Made by a program: the position numbers and the translations under genes. 64,000 nt of DNA, from positions 4,032,001 to 4,096,000 of the forward strand of contig OZ245817.1 of assembly GCA_965228475.1 (NCBI GenBank), given 5' to 3'. The DNA is from Myxococcota bacterium (GTDB lineage Bacteria > Myxococcota_A > UBA9160 > JAFDDA01). Of the stretch, positions 57,670 to 64,000 are shown piece after piece. The notes beneath the pieces were generated by a model. That model was given only the letters and a program-made list of their open reading frames with translations, was not told the origin of the DNA and made no database searches. How positions within the stretch are numbered: position 1 is the stretch's first letter; each line of letters starts with the position of its first letter.

Positions 57670-58941
57670 CTACGCGGACGCGTCGGGCCGGTGCCGCGGT
57701 TCGTCGACGAAGCGCCAGGTCACGAGGAAGGCCAGCGCCTGGAACCCGACCGTCACGGCGATGAGGACTTCGTAGCCGAACTGCGCGGCCAGGAGCCCGC
57801 CGAGGAGCGGCGCCGCGATGCCCACCGCCTCCGACGCCGAGTTCGCCACCGCGATGCGCATCGGGAGATCGGCGCGCGACCCGAACTCGAGCACCAGGCT
57901 CTGGGCGGACATCATGAATCCACCGAGGCCGGCGCCGAGGCCGACGAAGGCCACGAGCACCGCGCGATAGGAGTGAGCGTCGAGGAGCAGAAGAGCCGAA
58001 GCCATCCAGACGACGAGTGCCAGGAGCAGCGTCGCACGGAACCCGCGACGATCAGCGATCGAACCGAAGCCGAGGTTCAGGGCGCCCTGCGCCGCGACGA
58101 AGGCGACCGTCAGCTCCCCGATTTCCTCGCCGGAGAAGCCGAGGCGCTCCTTGGCCATGATGATGTAGAACGGCATGGCCATGCGGCCCATCACGCCGAG
58201 AGAGCGTGCGACGAGATAGCGCGCGAAGGCGGGATCCTCACGCAGCAGCGGGAGGAGATCGGAGAAGCGCTCGCGCAGCGGCGTCGCGGTCCGCGGCGCC
58301 GGGGAGTCCGGCTCCTTCAGCATCATGAAGAGCGCGAGACCGAGTGCCGTCAGGACGAACGAAACGAGGAAGACGGTGGCGTAGCCGTTGCCGAGAGTCT
58401 CGCGCGCGAGCAGCGTGCCTCCGATACCACCCACCAAGACACCCGCGAGGCTGCCGAGAGCATTGCGCAGCCCCTGAAGCCACCCACGCCGCTCGAGCGG
58501 AACGACCTTCGAGAACAGGACGTTGAAAAGCACGCCCTGCATCCCGAGGAAGAAGCCGAACATGCCAAGGAAGACGCAGACCGCCACGACGTTCGCACTC
58601 GGTGCCAGGAAGAAGCCCGCGAGGGCGATGCCGAGAATCTGCACGCGCATCGCGGCGCCGACCCAGAGTGCGGTGGGCAGGGCGCGTCGACGGTGCTCGA
58701 CGAGGCTTGCGCTGAGGATCGGCGAGAGGAACTGCCCGAAGGCCTGGACCGCCCGCGCCACACCGACCACGAACTCCGAGCCCGAGATCATGAACACGTA
58801 GGCCGGGATGAAGGTCGGCGCATGGATCATGCGAAACCCGGTCTGCCCGAGCAGGCCGTGGATGAGCAGGACGACGAAGTTTCGTCGGTAGTAGCGCTCC
58901 GCCTCGGCCCGCAGCGTTCGTTCGCCCGCGGCCTCGCTCAC
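57670..58941 (-). CDS. MFS transporter
   Basis: Multiple TM helices, KVVPLERRG, GSIADRRGFR; GTG start overlaps the folC stop. Confidence 0.88.
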   Translation of the reverse strand: MSEAAGERTLRAEAERYYRRNFVVLLIHGLLGQTGFRMIHAPTFIPAYVFMISGSEFVVGVARAVQAFGQFLSPILSASLVEHRRRALPTALWVGAAMRVQILGIALAGFFLAPSANVVAVCVFLGMFGFFLGMQGVLFNVLFSKVVPLERRGWLQGLRNALGSLAGVLVGGIGGTLLARETLGNGYATVFLVSFVLTALGLALFMMLKEPDSPAPRTATPLRERFSDLLPLLREDPAFARYLVARSLGVMGRMAMPFYIIMAKERLGFSGEEIGELTVAFVAAQGALNLGFGSIADRRGFRATLLLALVVWMASALLLLDAHSYRAVLVAFVGLGAGLGGFMMSAQSLVLEFGSRADLPMRIAVANSASEAVGIAAPLLGGLLAAQFGYEVLIAVTVGFQALAFLVTWRFVDEPRHRPDASA

Positions 58942-60272
58942 GGCTGGCCCGCGCGCAACACTTCCCGCGCGATGCCGGCGAGGTAGACCGAGCCCGTCAC
59001 GCAGAGGAGCTCTCCCGCACCGGTCCGCTCGCGCGCGGCGCGGACGGCGAGGTGCGGGTTCGGCACGACGTGGAGCTCGGTCCCGGGCGAGAGCTGCCGG
59101 ACGAGCTCCGCGACCTCGCTCGCCGCGAGCGAGCGCGCCGCCTCGGCGCGGGTCACGGTGACGTCGCGCACCCCGGGAAGCAGCGGCGCGAGCACGGCCT
59201 CGAGATCCTTGTCCGCAGAGATCGAGACCACGAGGCGCACGCCCTCGTTCGGAATCGTGGCGAGGGCACCGGCCAACGCGGCGGACGCGGCGGCGGTGTG
59301 CGCCGAGTCGACCACTACCACCGGGTCCCGGGAGAGGCACTCGACCCGGCCGGGCAGATGCGCGCCGGCGAGCGCCTCGGGCGCGCACCGGCGCAGCGCA
59401 TCGACGTCCACGCCGGGCAGCCTTCGCACGGCGGCCAGTGCGACGCTCGCGTTCGCCACCTGGTGTGCGCCGAGGGCCGGAATCCGGGCTTCGAGCTCGA
59501 AGCCTTCGTCGCGGAAGCGGAAGGCCGTGCCGTCGATCCCCGCGGAGAGCACCTCGCCCTCGAACTCCCTCCCGTGGCGCGAGAGCGGAGCGTCGAGTTC
59601 CTGGGCCCGTGCCTCGACCACGGCGGCCGCCTCGGGCGGGAGCGCCCCCATCACGACCGGCCGCTCCGGCTTCACGATGCCCGCCTTCTCCCCCGCGATC
59701 TTCGCGAGGGTGTCGCCGAGGAAGTTCACGTGTTCGAGCTCGATCGAGGTGATGCAGGCGACCTCGGGCAGGACGACGTTGGTCGAGTCGAGCCGCCCGC
59801 CGAGCCCGACCTCCACCACGGCGCGTTCCACCGCCTCGGATCGGAAGATCGAGAAGGCCGCCGCCGTCGTGACGTCGAACCAGCTCGGCACTAGCCGCGC
59901 CTCCGCTTCGCGCAGCGCCTCGACGTGCGGGCGCAGCGCCTCGACGGCCGCGACGAGCCCCTCCGCCGCCACCTCGCGGCCGTCGATGCGGAACCGCTCC
60001 GTCCAGCGCTCGAGGTGCGGCGAGGTGAAGGTCCCGACGCGCTCCCCGAGCCCGCGCAGCAGCGCCTCGGCGAACAGCGCGGTCGAGCCCTTCCCCTTCG
60101 AACCGGCGATGTGCAGCACCGCGAGCCCGGCGTGGGGGTCCCCCGCCCGCGCCAGCAGCGCGCGGATGGGCTCGAGCCCGAGCCGCTCGTAGGGCACGTC
60201 GCGCCGCCGCTCGACGTTGATCAGCCCCGCGAGCCAGGCTTCCGCGCCCGCGAGGTCCGTGATGGGATCCAA
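58938..60272 (-). CDS. folC: Folylpolyglutamate synthase/dihydrofolate synthase
   Basis: HIAGSKGKGST, FTSPHL, EVGLGGRLDSTN, EKAGIVK, LPGR, DSAHT, TGSVYL; GGAGAG SD then TTG at 60272. Confidence 0.95.
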   Translation of the reverse strand: MDPITDLAGAEAWLAGLINVERRRDVPYERLGLEPIRALLARAGDPHAGLAVLHIAGSKGKGSTALFAEALLRGLGERVGTFTSPHLERWTERFRIDGREVAAEGLVAAVEALRPHVEALREAEARLVPSWFDVTTAAAFSIFRSEAVERAVVEVGLGGRLDSTNVVLPEVACITSIELEHVNFLGDTLAKIAGEKAGIVKPERPVVMGALPPEAAAVVEARAQELDAPLSRHGREFEGEVLSAGIDGTAFRFRDEGFELEARIPALGAHQVANASVALAAVRRLPGVDVDALRRCAPEALAGAHLPGRVECLSRDPVVVVDSAHTAAASAALAGALATIPNEGVRLVVSISADKDLEAVLAPLLPGVRDVTVTRAEAARSLAASEVAELVRQLSPGTELHVVPNPHLAVRAARERTGAGELLCVTGSVYLAGIAREVLRAGQP

Positions 60273-60300
60273 GTCACTCTCCGGAGAAATGACACCCAAC

Positions 60301-60332
60301 GAAAAGAGGCGGCCCGGGTGGGCCGCCTCTTC
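60301..60332 (-). terminator. Intrinsic terminator after the small basic gene
   Basis: Minus strand AAGAGGCGGCCC-ACCC-GGGCCGCCTCTT-TTC. Confidence 0.75.
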
Positions 60333-60357
60333 ATGAAACTCTCACCAAGCCTCTCGG

Positions 60358-60684
60358 CTACTGAGCCATGTACCGCTTCCACTGGCGATACTGCTGGACG
60401 GCCTGGCTCGTCGTCTCCGTCGCCGGGAAGAAGAACTTCACCGCGTGGCCGCACTTCTTGCAGATCTTGTAACAGAACTTGAAGCCCTCGACCTCGCGCT
60501 CCTTGCCGACGGTCAGGCGGTTCGCCTCCGTGCAGCACTTCGACGGCGTCGGCGGCGACACGATCTTGCGCGGGTAGTTGTTCTTCGGCTTCTCCTTCGT
60601 CGTGTAGGAGATGATGTTCTTCGTCGGACGGTTCGACTTTGCGTCCGCGTTCTGCTTGCGAATGTTGCTACCGATGCGCCTCAC
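60358..60684 (-). CDS. Small basic Cys-rich hypothetical protein
   Basis: GAGAGGA SD, GTG start, strong codon bias, own terminator; SKCC...FCYKICKKCGH. Confidence 0.75.
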   Translation of the reverse strand: MRRIGSNIRKQNADAKSNRPTKNIISYTTKEKPKNNYPRKIVSPPTPSKCCTEANRLTVGKEREVEGFKFCYKICKKCGHAVKFFFPATETTSQAVQQYRQWKRYMAQ

Positions 60685-60702
60685 GTGATGGTCCTCTCTT
60701 TC

Positions 60703-61470
60703 TCACCGTCCCGTCACGACAGGGCCGACGCCGAGTTCGTGCAGGAGTTGCGAATGATCTTCGTAGTCCGTCGTGCAGGGCGGGCCGTCGGCGAAGCGCC
60801 ATTCGCTCCGCGTCCCGGGCTCCCCCCGCCAAAGCAGGCTCGAGCTGCGCGTGCCGTAGCCCTTGCCCTCGAGGCCCGCGTGGATGCAGGTGTTCGAGAG
60901 CGGGCCGGTCCGGCCTTCGTGGGAGCGGCAGACGTCGGCGAGGCGGTCGAGCAGGCGATCCGCCGGGCCTTCGAGGGCCCTCTCCGCGTCCGCGAGAATG
61001 CGGGCGACCTTCGGGTTCGAGCGGTCGTCCGGGTCCGCATTCCCGATCACGTGGACGCCGGGCTCGAGCGCCTCGACGCGCACCGTTTCCTCGTAGACCG
61101 CCACGTAGGCATTCTCCGCATCCGCCACCAGCAGGTTGAACGGGTTGTACTCGCCCGCCGGCAGCGCGTTCATCCAATCCACCGCCTCGGCCGCCTTCGT
61201 CACGCCGAGTGCGTCCATCACCAGGAGGCCCCGCGAGCGGCGCCCCGCGTCCACGCACGAGGTCGGCCGGTTCGTCAGGGCCGCGAAGGTCCCGTGGGCG
61301 TTCACGCCGAGCCAGGTCCCTCCGGCACGCAGATCCCGCGGCGCCGCAATGCGCCCCCCCGCCCGCAGCGCCGGCCCCTCGGCGGGGCGCTCGTGGTACT
61401 CGTCCCGGTTGGCCGCCACGACGAGGGGCGCGCCCGGGACGCAGCGGTGCAGGGTGATCAACGTGCACAT
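60703..61470 (-). CDS. NRDE/TANGO2 family protein
   Basis: MCTL...AANRDEY..RP, DLRAGGTWLGVN, SRGLLV, YNPFNL, YGTRSS. Confidence 0.93.
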   Translation of the reverse strand: MCTLITLHRCVPGAPLVVAANRDEYHERPAEGPALRAGGRIAAPRDLRAGGTWLGVNAHGTFAALTNRPTSCVDAGRRSRGLLVMDALGVTKAAEAVDWMNALPAGEYNPFNLLVADAENAYVAVYEETVRVEALEPGVHVIGNADPDDRSNPKVARILADAERALEGPADRLLDRLADVCRSHEGRTGPLSNTCIHAGLEGKGYGTRSSSLLWRGEPGTRSEWRFADGPPCTTDYEDHSQLLHELGVGPVVTGR

Positions 61471-61603
61471 GAGAGTGCCCGGGCAGGTCCTCCGGGTGAC
61501 GCAGGGCCAAAATCAAGACAGACCCTGGGGAACTTCCGAGGATAGCGGACATCCCCCGGGGGCGCAATTTCTTGCGGACTTTGGGTGACGCGAAGCGTCG
61601 GGC

Positions 61604-62965
61604 TCAGGCGCCCTGGTCGCCGACCAGCCGGAGGGAGGGTTTGTCCTCCTCGGGGTCGAACTCCTCGTCCTGCCCCGCCCAGCCCTTCTTCGCGCGCATG
61701 CGCTCGGCCTTGCGGCGGGCGACGTCGCGGTCCATCTCGAGCCCGTAGCGGCTGAGCACCCCGGCCAGCTGGTCGTAGTTCTGCTCGATCGAGCCCCGGA
61801 CGGATTCGAAGCCGTGCTGGACCGCCTCCCAGCGCTTCCAGAACGCCAGCGGGTTCACGCCGAAGAAGTCCGCGTCCGTCTCGCGCGGCTCGAGCAGCAC
61901 GATGTCGCCCTGGAAGCGGTCGTCGGTCAGGTAGCGCTGGATGCCGAGCTTGAGCCGCGAGTGAAGCAGCGTGCGGAAGACCTGGTTCACCACGGCCTTC
62001 AGCCCGCGGTCCGAGAGGTAGCGCCCGTCCGCGAAGTAGGTCGGCTCCTCGTCCTCGCCGTCGATGCGGTTCAGGAAGGGGCGGAACGGGTTGTAACAGA
62101 TGATCAGGTCCGCGCCCTTTTCGATCCCGATGTCGATGTTCGCCGTGTGGCGGACGCCGCCGTCGACGTAGTCGATGCCGCCGATGCGCGCGGGCTTGAA
62201 GAAGCCGGGCAGCGCCGTCGAGGCCTGGACGGCCTGGGAGATCGAGACCTCGTTCACCTCGTCGGGGCCGAAGACCACGCGCTCGGCCGTGTCGAGATCG
62301 CAGGCCGTGATGTAGAGCTGCTTCTCGCGCTTGCGCTGGAAGGCGCGGAAGTCGTTCGGCATGCGGATGCGGCGCAGGTTCTCGCTGAGCCACGCTTCGA
62401 GGGTGTAGTTGTCGAACAGGCCCGAGGGAATGTGGTTGCTCAGCGCGGGGATCTCGCGGTCGGGCGAGACGTGCTCGAGCGTGGCCATCGCGAAGGCTTC
62501 GAAGTGGGTGTAGTTGGGTTTGCGGACGAAGGCCTGGAAGCGCTGGCTCACGGCTTCGGGCAGCGCGGGCAGGGCCTTCGCGAAGTCGTTGGCGACCCCC
62601 GGGAAGTAGGAGAGAAAGTCGTAGGCGAGCTTCGCGGGCCGTTGGGCGAACTCGCGCCAGTTCGGCGAATAGAAGTCGAGGGGGCGGAGCTGACTGAAGC
62701 GGGTGCTCGTGCCTTCGAGGACGCGGAGCATCTCCTCGGGCGGGATGCCGCCGGCGAGCGGCACCGCGAGCAGGGCGCCGGCGGAGAGGCCGACGTAGGT
62801 GTCGAAGTCCGTCGTCTTGCGGCCGACCAGGTAGTCGTCGAGGGCCTTCAGGCCGCCGACCTTGAAGGCGCCGCCGGAGACCGCGCCGCCGGCGAGCACC
62901 AGCGCCACCTTCGGGTTGCGCTTGCGACGTCGCCCATCGCTCTTGCGGATCAGGGTCAGGCCCAC
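61604..62965 (-). CDS. Patatin-like phospholipase/esterase
   Basis: LAGGAVSGG, GLSAG (GxSxG), ASTALPG, YVDGG. Confidence 0.9.
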   Translation of the reverse strand: MGLTLIRKSDGRRRKRNPKVALVLAGGAVSGGAFKVGGLKALDDYLVGRKTTDFDTYVGLSAGALLAVPLAGGIPPEEMLRVLEGTSTRFSQLRPLDFYSPNWREFAQRPAKLAYDFLSYFPGVANDFAKALPALPEAVSQRFQAFVRKPNYTHFEAFAMATLEHVSPDREIPALSNHIPSGLFDNYTLEAWLSENLRRIRMPNDFRAFQRKREKQLYITACDLDTAERVVFGPDEVNEVSISQAVQASTALPGFFKPARIGGIDYVDGGVRHTANIDIGIEKGADLIICYNPFRPFLNRIDGEDEEPTYFADGRYLSDRGLKAVVNQVFRTLLHSRLKLGIQRYLTDDRFQGDIVLLEPRETDADFFGVNPLAFWKRWEAVQHGFESVRGSIEQNYDQLAGVLSRYGLEMDRDVARRKAERMRAKKGWAGQDEEFDPEEDKPSLRLVGDQGA

Positions 62966-63267
62966 TCGGAGACCTCCGGAGCGCCAGCCCTCCGCGCGAA
63001 ACCCTGCGACATCGGGCGGAGGCTCTGCTGCATCGCGTTAGAGGGTAACCAGACGGTCTCCGTAGGTCGAGCCTAGAATGGGCCGAATCCGGCGCCCCCG
63101 GGAAAGAAAAAGTGAGGAAAACACGCTGTTTGCGACGATCAGGCGCACGAGGCGGAGTGAGGGGTTCAGACAACGCTCCGCTGCCGCGCTGCGTCGGCTT
63201 CCCGTGAAACCTGTCTCCCGCTCGGGAACACTTTATTATGCTGGGCATCCAAGCTGGCGAGGCCCCC

Positions 63268-64000
63268 GTGAAGACGCCTGAAATCACACGAGGATTGAGA
63301 CTGGTGGTGGCCCTGGCGTTCACGCTCGCCACGGGCTGCGCCTCGAACACCGGGCCCGCTCCGGGCAGCGCCGGTGGCCCGCCCGGCGCCCAGAGCCCGA
63401 GCGTCGCGGCCGGCCCGCCCGGCCCCTCCGCCATGGACCGCAGCACGGCCGCCCTCGAGGGGGCTGTCCTGGGCGCCATGATCGGCACCTGGATGGGCCC
63501 GATCGGCGCGGCCGTCGGCGCCGGCGCCTTCATGCTCTACGGCGCCATGACCGGCCGTGTGATGGGCTCCCCCGGCCCGAACACCGGGCCGCGCAACGAA
63601 CGCGAGCGCGAGGAAATCCTCGAGGACCAGATCGATCAGGAGATGCAGCGCCACGCCTCGCTCGAGTCCGAGATCGAAGCGGAGCTCCGCCGGCAAGAGG
63701 AGCTGATGTCGCGCATCGAGCAGGACGAGGCCATGGCCGAAGCCCTCGGCGACGAGATCGCCCCCGAGCTGAGCCAGGAAGAGATCGCCGAGCACGCCGA
63801 CGCCCGCGCCGCACCGCTCGCCCCGAAGGACCGCGACCTCCCCGAGTACATCTTCGACGTCGACACGATCGAGGTCGCGCGCGGCGAGTGGGGCAACCGC
63901 AAGAAGATCGAGGCCACGCGGCGCAGCCTGGATGCGGACCGTGACGGAAAGCCGGAAGAAGTCCGCTACTTCGACCCCCAGGGCACCTACCTCCGCAAGG
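63268..64000 (+). CDS. Lipoprotein with glycine zipper, acidic coiled coil and DxDxDG motif, 3' end outside the window
   Basis: Manual translation: MKTPEITRGLRLVVALAFTLATGCAS...GAVLGAMIGTWMGPIGAAVGAG...EEILEDQIDQEMQRH...LDADRDGKPEEVRYFD; open to the window edge. Confidence 0.75.
   Translation, partial: MKTPEITRGLRLVVALAFTLATGCASNTGPAPGSAGGPPGAQSPSVAAGPPGPSAMDRSTAALEGAVLGAMIGTWMGPIGAAVGAGAFMLYGAMTGRVMGSPGPNTGPRNEREREEILEDQIDQEMQRHASLESEIEAELRRQEELMSRIEQDEAMAEALGDEIAPELSQEEIAEHADARAAPLAPKDRDLPEYIFDVDTIEVARGEWGNRKKIEATRRSLDADRDGKPEEVRYFDPQGTYLRK

Overview
A very GC-rich bacterial chromosomal segment with dense gene packing (about 53 protein-coding genes). A Myxococcota/deltaproteobacteria-like origin is inferred from gene content and style, not shown. 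Most genes are housekeeping or metabolic: ilvE, mtnA, gatCAB, a DEAD-box helicase, larE, ddl, pcrA/uvrD, glmU-glmS, long-form hflX, a fabH-like gene, lepB, glutaryl-CoA dehydrogenase, murQ, mutS2, badI and folC. No rRNA, tRNA, CRISPR array, transposase or integrase was seen. Best leads: (1) a consensus sigma54 promoter at 48229-48244 facing an ~85-nt non-coding stretch that folds into a long hairpin with an exposed anti-Shine-Dalgarno-like bulge (candidate sRNA); (2) a TANNNT box 6-8 nt before the start codon of 12 genes, mostly without an SD, suggesting widespread leaderless mRNAs; (3) a three-gene cassette at 15872-20838 with two diverging secreted Ca-binding paralogs; (4) a GH36 glycosidase fused to an MtnX-like HAD phosphatase; (5) a beta-propeller/di-haem protein whose second haem site is an atypical CX6CH; (6) a probable AUC start for hflX; (7) a shared TGC-rich motif upstream of the phasin-like and patatin genes. 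All functional calls come from motif recognition by eye; no database search or folding program was run.
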